IMG/VR virus record: IMGVR_UViG_3300009716_000731
Span: 64,001 to 128,000 of that record
Length of the DNA: 64,000 nucleotides
Origin: a virus
Taxonomy: Duplodnaviria > Caudoviricetes
Direction: 5' to 3' (one strand)
Every line of letters starts with the position of its first letter. Position 1 is the first letter of the stretch. Both the position numbers and the translations under genes were made by a program. Positions 27,137 to 38,875 of the stretch are shown in pieces. The notes beneath the pieces are model-generated. The model had not been told where the DNA came from, did not search any database, and saw only the letters and a program-made list of their open reading frames with translations.

Positions 27137-27756
27137 TAATATCCAGAAACAAGTGGTGGATTAATTGTAAATTGATTATCAATGTATTCATCAATGAAGT
27201 AGTCATAAACAAAATCAGCTTGTAGTGATTCTATAATATTGTTTTGAGACCAATCCATAGTATAACCTTGTAACTTAGTAATTTGACAGTTTTGGAAAGT
27301 AACTCTTCTTAAAACAACACCTTTTTTATCGTGTTGATTAACAATAATAGTACCGATAATATCACTTTTATAGTGAAGAGCACCATTTTGAGAGTTGAAT
27401 ACTAAGTCATACCATGCTTTCATAGTATTCCAGTTCTCCATAGAACCTTGTTGATTAACATTCACTTGGAAAGGAATTGATAATACACCAGAGGTTTTAG
27501 TTGGAGTAGTAACAAACTCTCTTGTAGAGTATTTGAATCTTTGTTGTTTAGTTACAACGTCAAACTCTGTTAAGTTAAGATCAATCTTAGTTGAGTTTTG
27601 TAGCAATAAAATTGGATCTCTACCTTGTGCTTGTAAGATAACAGGTAAAATAAATGTTATCTCAAAAAGGTTAGTATATACAACTTCATCAGGTAATGTA
27701 CCTGGTCCTCCAGGTGAACCTACGCCTTGTAATTGAGTAAAATGAGGTAAGGGCAT
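27136..27756 (-). CDS. tail tube protein (gp19-like)
   Basis: NLFEITF, WYDLVFNSQNG..YK, DKKGVVLRRVTFQNC, F.YDYF; late boxes upstream. Confidence 0.8.
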   Translation of the reverse strand: MPLPHFTQLQGVGSPGGPGTLPDEVVYTNLFEITFILPVILQAQGRDPILLLQNSTKIDLNLTEFDVVTKQQRFKYSTREFVTTPTKTSGVLSIPFQVNVNQQGSMENWNTMKAWYDLVFNSQNGALHYKSDIIGTIIVNQHDKKGVVLRRVTFQNCQITKLQGYTMDWSQNNIIESLQADFVYDYFIDEYIDNQFTINPPLVSGY

Positions 27757-27845
27757 AATTATATAGATTATTTTTTATAAAAATATATATTAATAATTTT
27801 TATTTCTCTAAGTATATATTTATTTCTAAAAGTCATTTTTTTCTA

Positions 27846-28646
27846 TTATATGCTTTTGAAGAAGCCTTTTTTATATTTAATATTATTTTTTTTGCAAAAA
27901 TTATATATTTTTCTCCAATGACAATCAAATATTTTTGAAATATCTAATATATTTAATCCGGAATCAATTTTGTTGGTTAACTCCTCTATTGATATTTTTG
28001 ATCTGTTGCTATTATATTTAACACCGGTATCTAATATTAATTTACATTTATCAAACTTTCTTTTAAGACCAATTTCATAATTATTTGGATATAAAAAGTT
28101 ATATAATTTTTTTATCTCATCATATTTTTTTATTCTTATAAATGAACTTTTATTACCATTTTTACTCTCAACTTTTCTTATTTCATATTGTCCTATGTTT
28201 ATTTTATCAAATAAGTTAATCATGTGTGACCAATCTTGCTCAAACGATGAGGTTATATAAAATTGCCTAATTCTATTCTTCTCATTAAAATAAAAACAAC
28301 CGTCTCCATCTATTAGACCTAAGTAAAAATATCGTTTTAAACTATCTGGTATTATTTCTAATAATAGTGTTGGTGAGTTAGTACTCTTACTTATGTAGTA
28401 TTTAGAGAAAAATGAATCATATATCTTTGTATTGCAGAAATATATTGTCTTTTGAGGTCTTCTATTTTTTCTATGTCTATCTATAGTGCATATTTTTAGA
28501 AATTTTACTTCCTTTATGTTATTTACTATTGTATCTGCATCATCCTTTAATATCTCTATTCCTATTCTATTTCTCTCAATAAAGCCGTCAGACCATAGAA
28601 ATCCTAAAAAATAAACAAAATTTTTATCATATTCTATCATAAACAT
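27846..28646 (-). mobile_element. free-standing LAGLIDADG homing endonuclease with C-terminal HTH
   Basis: YFLGFLWSDG and FYLGLIDGDG motifs, LKRK. Confidence 0.85.
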
Positions 28647-28710
28647 TTATATTTTTTTAAGTATAATATATATAACTATATATAAAAATTATATAGTGTC
28701 CTTATACACA

Positions 28711-29832
28711 ATGAGTAAAATTTTTATGATCGGAGATACCCATATAGGGTTAGGCTTTCCTAATAACACAGATAAATGGTTTAAAGTACATAAACAATAT
28801 TTTAGAGATTTTTTAATACCTTTATTAAAAAATAATGTAGGATGTAATGATATTATAGTACATTTGGGAGATTTATTTGATAATCGTAATGTTATTCCTA
28901 TAAACTTAATGAATTTTGCTTTAGATGTTGTTGAAGAGATTAGTAGAATAGCACCTTTTCATATAATTATAGGAAACCATGATCTTTATTCGAAAAGTAC
29001 TAGTGAAATAAACTCCGTTAGACCTTTCAAACATATCGACAATGTATTCATTTACGATAAACCAACTAAAATCAATTATAATAATATTGATATATTGATG
29101 ATTCCATATATTGATAATAAAAAGGAATTAATAAGTATTATAAATGATAATAAAGATTGTACTTATTTATTTTGTCATTCTGATTTGAATGGTGCAAAAA
29201 TGCACTTAACATCAGTTGGTCATAAAAATTCCGATAAAATAGATATAGAAAATTTCAACCTTTTTAAGAAGGTTTATTCTGGTCATTATCATATAGTACA
29301 GCGTGAACAAAACTTTAATTTTGTTGGTTCTATCTTTCAAATGGATAGAAATGATTATGGTGATCAAAAAGGTATTTTTGTTTTAGATACTGATACTGGT
29401 GAAGAAACATTTATTGAGAATAAAGTTTCACCTGTTTTTAAGAAGTTTAGAGTTACTAATGAAGATGACATTGAGCAATTAGATAATCTAAAACTAACAA
29501 ATGATTATATCGATTTATCTATATCAAATAGTTTATTAGTAAGTAATCGAAAACTAAGAAGAAAATTAGAAGTTATACTTGAAAGTAATAGTTTCTCATC
29601 TATTGAGTATTTAGATGATATTGTTGAGAAAGTAGATGTTGATTCGGAAGTTGAAGTAGCCATCGATGGTGAAAGTATTGATATATCTATACAATTAGAT
29701 TATGCTGATTATATAAAAGAATATATTTCTAAGCAAAAATATGATAATCAAAACTTTAAGGATGGTTTGTTATCTGAGTATGATCAAGTGATAGATATTT
29801 ACAATGAGGGATATAGAAACAAAAAAGAATAA
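28711..29832 (+). CDS. recombination endonuclease subunit (T4 gp47 / Mre11 / SbcD-like)
   Basis: GDTHIG, HLGDLFD, GNHD, SGHYH metallophosphoesterase motifs; ATG at 28711. Confidence 0.9.
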   Translation: MSKIFMIGDTHIGLGFPNNTDKWFKVHKQYFRDFLIPLLKNNVGCNDIIVHLGDLFDNRNVIPINLMNFALDVVEEISRIAPFHIIIGNHDLYSKSTSEINSVRPFKHIDNVFIYDKPTKINYNNIDILMIPYIDNKKELISIINDNKDCTYLFCHSDLNGAKMHLTSVGHKNSDKIDIENFNLFKKVYSGHYHIVQREQNFNFVGSIFQMDRNDYGDQKGIFVLDTDTGEETFIENKVSPVFKKFRVTNEDDIEQLDNLKLTNDYIDLSISNSLLVSNRKLRRKLEVILESNSFSSIEYLDDIVEKVDVDSEVEVAIDGESIDISIQLDYADYIKEYISKQKYDNQNFKDGLLSEYDQVIDIYNEGYRNKKE

Positions 29833-29859
29833 GTAAACTTATTCTTTTTTTTTATTTTT

Positions 29860-30210
29860 CTATACTGAGAAGTAAAGTAAGATTATAGTTCCTAATACAC
29901 CTCCATAAGAACCCATTCTTATATCTGTCATACTAAATGGAGCTCCTTTTACTGCATAATACCATTCTCTAGCAAAGTTTACAACAAAAGCACCAAATCC
30001 ACCTATAAACATTTGAAATAGATAAGGTGTCTCATCTAAGTAAGCATATTCTCTTAGAAACCACACTGCTCCTATTGTTAAAAACATACTTAAAAACAAG
30101 TGTAAATAGTATCTTTCTGTTATGAATTTTTTTGTGAATATTTCTTTAATATCTAAGATATATTCTTTTGCGTGTTGAAACACTACTGGACAAATTGTAC
30201 ATTTTATCAT
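29860..30210 (-). CDS. small integral membrane protein (3 TM)
   Basis: Hydrophobic helices. Confidence 0.6.
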   Translation of the reverse strand: MIKCTICPVVFQHAKEYILDIKEIFTKKFITERYYLHLFLSMFLTIGAVWFLREYAYLDETPYLFQMFIGGFGAFVVNFAREWYYAVKGAPFSMTDIRMGSYGGVLGTIILLYFSV

Positions 30211-30232
30211 TTTTATTTAATTATTTTTTAGT

Positions 30233-30502
30233 CTATTGAAAGATTTTAGTCAATTTTATTTTAAGATTATTATTTCCTTTTATAACTCTATGATAAACAC
30301 CCATCGGTATAAAAATTTGACCTTCTATCTTTTTTGGTAGTTCATTATCAATTTGAATTAACCAATCTGTATCATTAATAGATTCAATTATTCTATCTTC
30401 TCTATCTCTATGCCATCTATACTCTCCGGAGTCAGTATCTTGACTAAACTCTCTAATGAAAGTATTTTTTGAGATTACTTGTTCGTTAAATGGTAGTCCC
30501 AT
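30233..30502 (-). CDS. small cupin-like protein
   Basis: WHRDREDR, FIPMGVYHRVIKG. Confidence 0.65.
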   Translation of the reverse strand: MGLPFNEQVISKNTFIREFSQDTDSGEYRWHRDREDRIIESINDTDWLIQIDNELPKKIEGQIFIPMGVYHRVIKGNNNLKIKLTKIFQ

Positions 30503-30503
30503 G

Positions 30504-30893
30504 CTATTTTAGAGTAATTATTTTCACACTATGTCTATCAGGTATATAACCCGTGAAATCACGATTAATAGTTTCAATATTATATTTTTTTTCTTTAGAT
30601 AATCTCTGCCAAACAATTGCTGCTTGTTTTGATCTATTACCACTTGATATAATAGCTTTAATACCATTATTAAATAAATAATCAATACTTAGTTTTATAA
30701 ATTGATAACCATCAACAGATTTATCATCTTTCATATATCCAATTATATACACCGTATCATTTTCTCTATTAAGAAAGTCAAATACCCCACATCTTTTATC
30801 ACCATTGTACCAAGTTAATGAATTTCTATTGGGTTCTTTTTCTACTCTATAAGAATCGGTTATACTTTCATTTAAGAATCTTAAATATTTCAT
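30504..30893 (-). CDS. tagged protein (MKYLRFLNES), GNAT-like
   Basis: G.Q..K...RSKQAAIVWQRL pattern typical of GNAT C-terminal motif. Confidence 0.5.
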   Translation of the reverse strand: MKYLRFLNESITDSYRVEKEPNRNSLTWYNGDKRCGVFDFLNRENDTVYIIGYMKDDKSVDGYQFIKLSIDYLFNNGIKAIISSGNRSKQAAIVWQRLSKEKKYNIETINRDFTGYIPDRHSVKIITLK

Positions 30894-31531
30894 TCTATGT
30901 ATATTTTTTTATGATTATTACTATTATTGAAAAAATCTAAATATTTTTCTTCAAATCCTTTTTTACATATCACTGCAAATGTTGAATTTGAACTTTCTTT
31001 ATTATAACCAATTCCTGAGTAATAATTAAATGTATATCCTGTAATATTTTTACTTAAAAAATTAAAATTAATCTTAGATCTTTTATTCATATTTGATATT
31101 AAACATTTTTCACCTTTCATATTTATATGCCAAATAGTTATACACTCTGGTGAATATTCTTCTATAAATTTTTTTGTTATATAACTAATTATGGATATAA
31201 TTTTTAGTGCATTTTTTCCAACTTGTATAAAACCTGATGAGTAATCAAAAGATGATTTATAATTTTTTGAATCAACATCATAGTCTCTTGTCCATTTATT
31301 GGATTTTCCAATGTGATTAAATATAACATGCCAATCAAATCCTTCAAAATTGAAAAAATACTCTACTCTATCACTATCTACCTTTTTAGTAAAATTAATA
31401 GGAGTTAGACCAAAATTTAGTTCTTCAAATAATCTTAAATATTTTATACGTCCAAAACCTTTACTTCTATTGAATTTATTACAGAAGTCTGAGATATTTA
31501 CAAATTCTTCAAATAATTTTATCATATTCAT
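30890..31531 (-). CDS. hypothetical protein with two tandem tags (MIKLFEEF; IKYLRLFEEL)
   Basis: ORF track. Confidence 0.65.
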   Translation of the reverse strand: MNMIKLFEEFVNISDFCNKFNRSKGFGRIKYLRLFEELNFGLTPINFTKKVDSDRVEYFFNFEGFDWHVIFNHIGKSNKWTRDYDVDSKNYKSSFDYSSGFIQVGKNALKIISIISYITKKFIEEYSPECITIWHINMKGEKCLISNMNKRSKINFNFLSKNITGYTFNYYSGIGYNKESSNSTFAVICKKGFEEKYLDFFNNSNNHKKIYIE

Positions 31532-31543
31532 AATTATTTATTT

Positions 31544-32122
31544 TTACCAATAGCCGGGATATGTTTTACCACCAAATAAGTGACCATATTTATTTATTCT
31601 ACAAGCCCAATAACCTGCTTTGGTTTTATCTTTTTTCATATCGCAATTATGTCTAGCAGCAAATGCTTTTCTTGCTTTAGGATCGCTTACCTTAGCTGTT
31701 AAGCCACCGTGTACATCACCAAATGCAATTTTTTTAACTTTACCTGTTTTAGGATTTTTAACATAAACATGATACTTTTTAGTACCACCTCTCATAGGAT
31801 AATTTAGCTTAACTTCTCTTCCTTGATATTCTGCTTCATTTAGCTCTATTATTGTTTCCATTGGTAAATCCAAAGGAACTATTTGACCTTCATATTCTGC
31901 AAAGTGACCTATATCAGTGGATTCAAACAATTCTTGATCCAATTCTGATAACTCAATTTGATTACTATCAAATAGCTGTCTTGCTTCTTTGATCAAATCA
32001 AAGTATTTATTAGATCCAGGTCTGAATACATTTTCAGTAATAGACATTTTATGATCTATATGATATTGTAAATCTTCTGATATGATACCATTAAATGATT
32101 CAAATAGTTTTAAATATTTCAT
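31544..32122 (-). CDS. tagged protein (MKYLKLFESF) with basic C-terminal domain (DUF6321-like)
   Basis: ARKAFAARHNC...AGYWAC; late box 32142-32150. Confidence 0.7.
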   Translation of the reverse strand: MKYLKLFESFNGIISEDLQYHIDHKMSITENVFRPGSNKYFDLIKEARQLFDSNQIELSELDQELFESTDIGHFAEYEGQIVPLDLPMETIIELNEAEYQGREVKLNYPMRGGTKKYHVYVKNPKTGKVKKIAFGDVHGGLTAKVSDPKARKAFAARHNCDMKKDKTKAGYWACRINKYGHLFGGKTYPGYW

Positions 32123-32200
32123 TTTTGAAATTATTTTTAATTATATATTAAATATGCGGAACCTATTTTTTAATATATAAATAAAACTCAGATAAACTAA

Positions 32201-35200
32201 ATGTCAACTCATAAAAACTTACATTTTTTTAACAAACAAGGGGATAGTCTAAATTTCAAATATGACGAAAATTTAGAAATATTTCAAGGAGATATACTTT
32301 TTGATGAAAACTCAACAGATACATTTAAGACTTACGCATTATATACATTAGAACAAGTTCCAAGTTTTAATTTTTATTCACCTGGTGAATTAGGTACAAA
32401 CAAATTTCAACTATTTAATGAATATGGTATTCATTTTTATGGTGCTACTACATCATCTTTTAGAATAGATAGATTAGAACCAGCTAATAATGATCCTAAC
32501 TTTTACTCTAAATGGATTTATGGTCATAATTTTGAATCTATATTTCCGGTGGGTACTCTAATCAGGTTTAATAACTCTATGTTAGAGTTTACCAATCCTG
32601 ATCAAACTTATGTAGTTACTGGAACAAAAAAAGGAGCAATTCTTATAATAAGTGGTGTTGATAATGCTACATTTGAATCTACATACAGTCAACAATATTT
32701 AGATACCAATTTCTATTTAGGTAAAACAATATCTGGGATTAATGCTGTTGGTGTTTATAATTATATCAATAGTGAATATGTTAATCAATTATCTATTTGG
32801 AATGAGCCTAACTTTTATGATAAGCTTTATAAAGGTAAAAAGTTAAATGTAGTTCATTCAGATAAAAATGATGGTATTTATACGGTAAAGGGACCTGAGG
32901 TAACAGATGTTTTACACTATGAGTATATACTAAATGAAGCAAGTTTACCTGTTGACTCTAATTTAATCATCGAAGTTTTATTGGGTACTGATTTACCTAA
33001 GTTATATGATGGTGGTGTTAATATAAATGACTCTGGTAAAATATACTTAATTGATTATATTAATTTTCCAAGAACTTTAAGATCTGGTCAAGAGTTTAAG
33101 GTTGTGGGTTCATCTTTCAATCAAAACTTTTTTACAGTTGCTGATATTTATAACTTTCAATCTAATACAAGTATTAAGTTTTATAATTTAGATGAGCAAG
33201 TTTTATATAATGGAGTTTTGTATCAGTGTATTCAATCTTATACACATAGTTATGCTGATGACTTAACTAGATTTATAACACCTATAAATAGTCCTGATTA
33301 TTGGTCACATCCAACTTATATTGGAGTAAACGAACCAACAACGGATGAGTCACTACTTTTTGCACAGATATACTTAACTAAAGATAGATATTATTATGAG
33401 TATGGTTTTACTCAATCAGCAGAAGTAACATTAGCTTCCACTGCTGAAAAATATGCATCAGATTTAGATGTTTTTGATATTGATTTATATTATCAAAATG
33501 GTTATCTAAAGGCTGATCCGAAATACCCAAGTAAATATGTTACTGTTAATTTCTATCATACTGATGTTGATACTAATTACTTAATTGGTACGTCAACAAA
33601 AACATTTGAAAGATTAATTGAAGTTGATGAGCAGTTATTAAGAGAGTTTAACTATGATTATTCAGAAAACTATAAATTTAGTGTAGTTTTTACTGACTTA
33701 GATGAGTATGGTCTAAAGGTTATTATAAATAAAATGATTTATGATGAGCAGATCGCCTGGGTTTACAACGGTGTTAATGTTGATATGTTAAGAACAGTTG
33801 ATAGAACATTAAGAAATTGGTTAACAAGAAATTATTTAACACTTTATAGATTAGGTATTAATGTTGAATTAGATTATACTTATGTGACTGGTGGTCCTGC
33901 CACATCATTATTTGTTAATTCTATCATAATAAAAACAGAATATCCTAATGTTCCTATTGTAATAAATGATGTATTAGTTGGTACAACTGCAAACTATTTT
34001 ATCGAGCACTCAAGAGTTATTTTTGATGACTTAGGTCCATCACTTAACATAAATATAAATGGTAATGACTATTTTGTTCAGTCAGTTACATCAAGTTTAT
34101 CTACTTCTACATATTCGGTAGTTGATATACCTGCTACAATACAAGCTTGGAGTGATTTATATGCTACTAATTTGCTAGATTTTGGTTATATTTTTGAAAA
34201 TATTAATAATGTATTAAAAATAAGCTTAAAACAAGTAGATAATAATTTTAGCTATAAGATTACTACTGGTAGATTAAATCTACCACAATTAAGTGACTTT
34301 AGAATAATTGATAAAATCAAGGGTAATTTTGGTTGTTTAGTTGCTTCTAACGAAGTCATACTTTCTGCAACATCATCATTCTCTTTTGAGAATGAAGGAT
34401 TTGCAACTGGAATGGTATTTTCTCTAAATAACACAGAATGGCCTCTAATGAATGTTGAATATAATATTGAATTTTTAGATCCTAATGTTCTTAATTTAAG
34501 TTATCAAGGTCCTTTCTGGGATGTTAATAATTTTATATGTGATAAATCACCGTTTGTCACTATTGCATTTAACTTAGGATTTGGTCAAACTGGTTGTGGA
34601 CCGATAGGCACAACTGGTACTTCGGGTCAATTTGATGCATATGGATTCAGTGCATCTCAGTTTAATATAAATTTCTATCCTAATTCATATGAGCTTTATG
34701 ATTATGATATTATAGCTAATGCTGTTGATATTAAATATCTTCAATATTCTAATTCAATATATGTTTTAGGTGATGATTTAGCGGTCTATGATTCATATAC
34801 TATGAATTTTATAACTAATATTGAGCTATCTGGTAATATTAACCCTATTAAGATAGAGTTTAATCCTATAAATTGTTATTTATATTGCTTATCCGAGAAT
34901 AAAGTTTGGGTTATAGATCCTGCGATTAATTTGTTGATTAGTTCGTTTAACTTATTGGATGATGCTTTTGATCTACAAATTTGTCCGGTTAATGGAGATG
35001 TTTATATTTCTTATGTAAATGCTTTTTATGTTGATATTTATTTATATAACTCTTTTACATCATATAATTTCAGAGTTTCAAACATTTATGGTAATACTGG
35101 TAAGTTTGCTTATAATGACTTTGAGAATAGTATGTATGTTACTACTGACGCTGATTATGTAATTAAGATTAATTGTAGCACAAGACAAGAAGATGATGTT

Positions 35201-37918
35201 TATAATGTACTTGGTTTACTTCCAACTATTGTTTATGAGTCAGCGCAAGAATCTATATATGTTTATGGTTCATCAAATCTTTATAGAATAAATGATGGTA
35301 TTTTATCTACTACTACTTTTACATCTCAGTCGTTTAATGATATTATTTATAATCCGCTAACAAGTGAGATGAATATATCTGATTCATCTAGTCAATTTAC
35401 AAGATATTCAATTGATGATCAAATATTAAATCAGTCTGCTATAGCAAACTATGGTTATATCGCACTTAGTCCTTATGATGGTGCTGCTTATATATCTTCT
35501 CAAAGCTCTAATTCTATTGTTACAATTGATTCTGCTACTGGTGATTTAGTTTTCTTACATAGCTTAATGGCACCAACAACCAAGATTATTTATAACCCTG
35601 ATAAGAAAACTATATTAGCTATACAACCATCTACAAATAAAGTAGTTGAGATTAAAGTAATAATAAATAATCAGCTTGTTGAGAATCAAATAAGTTCTAA
35701 TCTTATTAATGATGGTTTATATGGTTCATTAGACCCTAACTTTGTTAATTATGATGATATTTGGTTAAAAACAAGAGATTATTTTAGAAGACCACGTGAG
35801 AATTTTAATGGTGAAAGTAAAATAACTTATTACTTTAAGTGGTTCTCAGATAATGTACCACAATTCTTTTTATATGATTTCTCAGGAGAACAATTAAGTA
35901 GAACAACAACAGGTTCTTATTCATATACTGGTCAGACACCTTTGCCAACAGTTGTATTAAATGATAAACCTAATAATGATATTAGTAAGGTTTCTATGTC
36001 TGAGTTTCAGCAAACAATATTTGATACAATTGAGTATGAATTGAGTTATATAGATGATTTGAATGATGTATCTACTAAAGTAGAACCTTTACAACTATTT
36101 GTTGGGTTTAATTCTTCTAATGAAGGAGCATTAAGATCTATATTACAGCTATATAAGAGAGAAGAGATTGAGTTTACTTTAATTTCGGGAACAATGGGTC
36201 ATGTTACCTTAAGTACATTAGATCCAGAAGGTGATAAAAGAGGTTTAATTGAAATTAGTAATACATCTGGTGATTATTTCTCTGATAAGGGATTAAAAGC
36301 CGGTCAACATATCGCTATTTTTATTAAAGATAATACAAGTCAAAGAAATCAATATTTATCAAATAATAATGGTACTTTATTAAAAATACGAGAAGTTCAT
36401 CCAAAATCATTAATTGTTGATTTCTTTAATACACAAACTGATATTTTAGAATATGAGAAAACATTGGTTAATCATCCAAAAGAAACAGATATACTTTATT
36501 TAGACTTTACTATTAAAGTAGTCGATAAAGAAATCGGTAGATTCTTTACTTATGGTCAAACAGAGGAAGAAGATATTCGTTTTAAGATTGAATTAGGTAA
36601 TGTTGGTAAATTAATTGCACCGGAAGATGTATTCATATTCAAAGAATATGATATTGAAGAAGGTGGTATTGATTGGATTTATCTTAATAGAAAGCGTAAA
36701 GAGATGCTTATGATGAAGCATTTGATATATCCTTATATTGGATCTTATAAATCAATTATTAATGCGATTAATTTCTTTGGATTCAATGATTTGCAATTAA
36801 ATGAGTATTATAGAAATGTTGATCCTGATTCAATTAATTTCCTTAAATTATTTAAGGTTGAAATTCCGGATATATTTGATAACTCTGTTGAAGGATGGAC
36901 TGAGAATGATTTTATTAAGCATTTACTACCAAGTGATAATTTTGAAACAACAAATTTATTTAATCTTAATTACTTTATAACTGATAAATCTGGAAATAAT
37001 ATCTTAAACTATACTTTAGATGAAGTTATAATTAAGTTACAAGGATTAAAATACTGGTTAAAGAAAAATATTATACCTTTAACGCATAAGATACAAGACA
37101 TTACAGGTAATGCTTATTTTAGTGGTATAAATCAAATACAACATAAAGTTTTAGATGTTAGTGTTTTCAATATACATGAAAATATGACACCAATTTCATT
37201 CAAATTAGATGAAGCTTATCTTATGCCGGTTAACAGTGGTTCGACTGTTTATAACTGTGTTTTAGACTTCTATTCTATAATTCCAAATATTGGTGCAGAT
37301 AAAACTAAAAATGGTTTAGTTGAGCCACCAAAACCTTATAATGGTGTTAGCTTATCTTTGCCTGATTATTTTATAGTTAAGATAAGAACTTATAAGACAT
37401 ATAAAGAATGGGCTCCATTTAAGGTTTATTCTATTGGTGATAGAGTTACTTATTATGGAAAATTATATGAATCTACAAAAGATATTAATAAAGTAAACAG
37501 TCCAAGAAGATATGAGGATGTTCCTTTATGGGTTTCTAATACATTATATGAGCCAGCTACTATTATAGGATATAATAGAGAGTATTATTCTGCTCTAAAT
37601 GCTACTCAATCAACAACACCTCCATTAAATGATACTACTAACTGGGTTAATATTTCATTTTGGAAAGAAATCGATTGGGATCCGGTTCAAACAATTACTG
37701 AATTCAGACAAGGTTCTAATTTATTACCTTTCAATTTTACTATTGATTCTAATATTGATCCTTTTATTACTGTTGAAGTAACTTCTGATAATGGTTATGG
37801 TTCTGTTTATTGTGATAAAAAGAATTATGAGATAAGAGGATTAAAGGATTTACAAGAGCCATATCAAGATATTGAACCAATTGGTCCATTTCAACCAATA
37901 GTTTATATAACAGCATAA
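32201..37918 (+). CDS. large baseplate wedge or structural protein with beta-propeller and CBM5/12-like modules
   Basis: 1905 aa; YPYIGSYKSIINAINFFG wedge-like region; YNP propeller repeats; YSIGDRVTYYGKLY; late box 32171-32179. Confidence 0.7.
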   Translation: MSTHKNLHFFNKQGDSLNFKYDENLEIFQGDILFDENSTDTFKTYALYTLEQVPSFNFYSPGELGTNKFQLFNEYGIHFYGATTSSFRIDRLEPANNDPNFYSKWIYGHNFESIFPVGTLIRFNNSMLEFTNPDQTYVVTGTKKGAILIISGVDNATFESTYSQQYLDTNFYLGKTISGINAVGVYNYINSEYVNQLSIWNEPNFYDKLYKGKKLNVVHSDKNDGIYTVKGPEVTDVLHYEYILNEASLPVDSNLIIEVLLGTDLPKLYDGGVNINDSGKIYLIDYINFPRTLRSGQEFKVVGSSFNQNFFTVADIYNFQSNTSIKFYNLDEQVLYNGVLYQCIQSYTHSYADDLTRFITPINSPDYWSHPTYIGVNEPTTDESLLFAQIYLTKDRYYYEYGFTQSAEVTLASTAEKYASDLDVFDIDLYYQNGYLKADPKYPSKYVTVNFYHTDVDTNYLIGTSTKTFERLIEVDEQLLREFNYDYSENYKFSVVFTDLDEYGLKVIINKMIYDEQIAWVYNGVNVDMLRTVDRTLRNWLTRNYLTLYRLGINVELDYTYVTGGPATSLFVNSIIIKTEYPNVPIVINDVLVGTTANYFIEHSRVIFDDLGPSLNININGNDYFVQSVTSSLSTSTYSVVDIPATIQAWSDLYATNLLDFGYIFENINNVLKISLKQVDNNFSYKITTGRLNLPQLSDFRIIDKIKGNFGCLVASNEVILSATSSFSFENEGFATGMVFSLNNTEWPLMNVEYNIEFLDPNVLNLSYQGPFWDVNNFICDKSPFVTIAFNLGFGQTGCGPIGTTGTSGQFDAYGFSASQFNINFYPNSYELYDYDIIANAVDIKYLQYSNSIYVLGDDLAVYDSYTMNFITNIELSGNINPIKIEFNPINCYLYCLSENKVWVIDPAINLLISSFNLLDDAFDLQICPVNGDVYISYVNAFYVDIYLYNSFTSYNFRVSNIYGNTGKFAYNDFENSMYVTTDADYVIKINCSTRQEDDVYNVLGLLPTIVYESAQESIYVYGSSNLYRINDGILSTTTFTSQSFNDIIYNPLTSEMNISDSSSQFTRYSIDDQILNQSAIANYGYIALSPYDGAAYISSQSSNSIVTIDSATGDLVFLHSLMAPTTKIIYNPDKKTILAIQPSTNKVVEIKVIINNQLVENQISSNLINDGLYGSLDPNFVNYDDIWLKTRDYFRRPRENFNGESKITYYFKWFSDNVPQFFLYDFSGEQLSRTTTGSYSYTGQTPLPTVVLNDKPNNDISKVSMSEFQQTIFDTIEYELSYIDDLNDVSTKVEPLQLFVGFNSSNEGALRSILQLYKREEIEFTLISGTMGHVTLSTLDPEGDKRGLIEISNTSGDYFSDKGLKAGQHIAIFIKDNTSQRNQYLSNNNGTLLKIREVHPKSLIVDFFNTQTDILEYEKTLVNHPKETDILYLDFTIKVVDKEIGRFFTYGQTEEEDIRFKIELGNVGKLIAPEDVFIFKEYDIEEGGIDWIYLNRKRKEMLMMKHLIYPYIGSYKSIINAINFFGFNDLQLNEYYRNVDPDSINFLKLFKVEIPDIFDNSVEGWTENDFIKHLLPSDNFETTNLFNLNYFITDKSGNNILNYTLDEVIIKLQGLKYWLKKNIIPLTHKIQDITGNAYFSGINQIQHKVLDVSVFNIHENMTPISFKLDEAYLMPVNSGSTVYNCVLDFYSIIPNIGADKTKNGLVEPPKPYNGVSLSLPDYFIVKIRTYKTYKEWAPFKVYSIGDRVTYYGKLYESTKDINKVNSPRRYEDVPLWVSNTLYEPATIIGYNREYYSALNATQSTTPPLNDTTNWVNISFWKEIDWDPVQTITEFRQGSNLLPFNFTIDSNIDPFITVEVTSDNGYGSVYCDKKNYEIRGLKDLQEPYQDIEPIGPFQPIVYITA

Positions 37919-37945
37919 AAAAATCCCTCATAAGAGGGATTTTTT
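37917..37945. terminator. bidirectional intrinsic terminator
   Basis: AAAAAATCCCTC-ataa-GAGGGATTTTTT. Confidence 0.8.
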
Positions 37946-38603
37946 AGTTAGCTTCTTCTGTTTCTACTTCAAGAACAGGTCTTTCTTCTAATGTGATTGA
38001 TTCATCGAATAGAACAACCCAATCTTGAACATCTTGTGCCATATTTTTACCAGTTGTATCATAGTAGTTAAATACTTTGCTGATTTCACCAATTCTTCTT
38101 AAAATATCTGCAAATACATAAGAGTCTTTAGTTAATCCTTTTACTTTATGTGTTGCAATTAGGTGATAGATATAAGTAATTTCTGTTGCATCTACTTTGA
38201 ATTCTTTAACCTCAGTATCATTAGCAAATTTAATATCTTTCATTGTTCCTAAAAGATTTGTTAATTCAACTGCAATAAATACAGTATTTACATCATACTC
38301 TAATTTTTTAACAATTAAATCCGTTAAGAAATTATACTGTGCTCTATCAAGATTTAAGTTATATTTTGTTGCTTTTAATAAAGCAATATACTCATTCCAA
38401 ATCATTTGAGCTTTTTCATAGATTTCATCTTTTTCTTCGTCAGATTTACCTCTACCTGTATTATTAGTCATATAATCAGATAATTCTTTGATCTTAATAT
38501 CAAGACCATTTTCAAAGTCATAGCTTAGAATAGTATATAGATTATTTTCTTTATCGGTGAATGTTACATCTGGTTTTTGCGTATTAGTTTGAATGTTTGA
38601 CAT
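37944..38603 (-). CDS. hypothetical protein
   Basis: ORF track. Confidence 0.7.
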   Translation of the reverse strand: MSNIQTNTQKPDVTFTDKENNLYTILSYDFENGLDIKIKELSDYMTNNTGRGKSDEEKDEIYEKAQMIWNEYIALLKATKYNLNLDRAQYNFLTDLIVKKLEYDVNTVFIAVELTNLLGTMKDIKFANDTEVKEFKVDATEITYIYHLIATHKVKGLTKDSYVFADILRRIGEISKVFNYYDTTGKNMAQDVQDWVVLFDESITLEERPVLEVETEEAN

Positions 38604-38621
38604 ATTTTTATTTTATTTTTT

Positions 38622-38858
38622 TTATACACTTTCTACATTATGTTGTTCATATAATGATTTTAGTGATTCTAGTTTATCTTTAGCATTAGCATAAGCTTCG
38701 ATCCATCTATCATGTTCTGCTAATAAGTCTGAGTGCTCTCCAATTGCTGCTAAATTAGCATTAGTGAAATATAAATCTAAGTTAGCTTCTGCTTCCGCCA
38801 TTTGAGCTTCATATCTAAGCTTCAATGCGTTGTAATATTTTGTGTTTAAGTATTTCAT
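38622..38858 (-). CDS. small helical-hairpin protein (IGEHSD motif)
   Basis: ORF track; motif recalled from T4-like phage small proteins. Confidence 0.65.
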   Translation of the reverse strand: MKYLNTKYYNALKLRYEAQMAEAEANLDLYFTNANLAAIGEHSDLLAEHDRWIEAYANAKDKLESLKSLYEQHNVESV

Positions 38859-38875
38859 ATTATTTATTTTTTAAG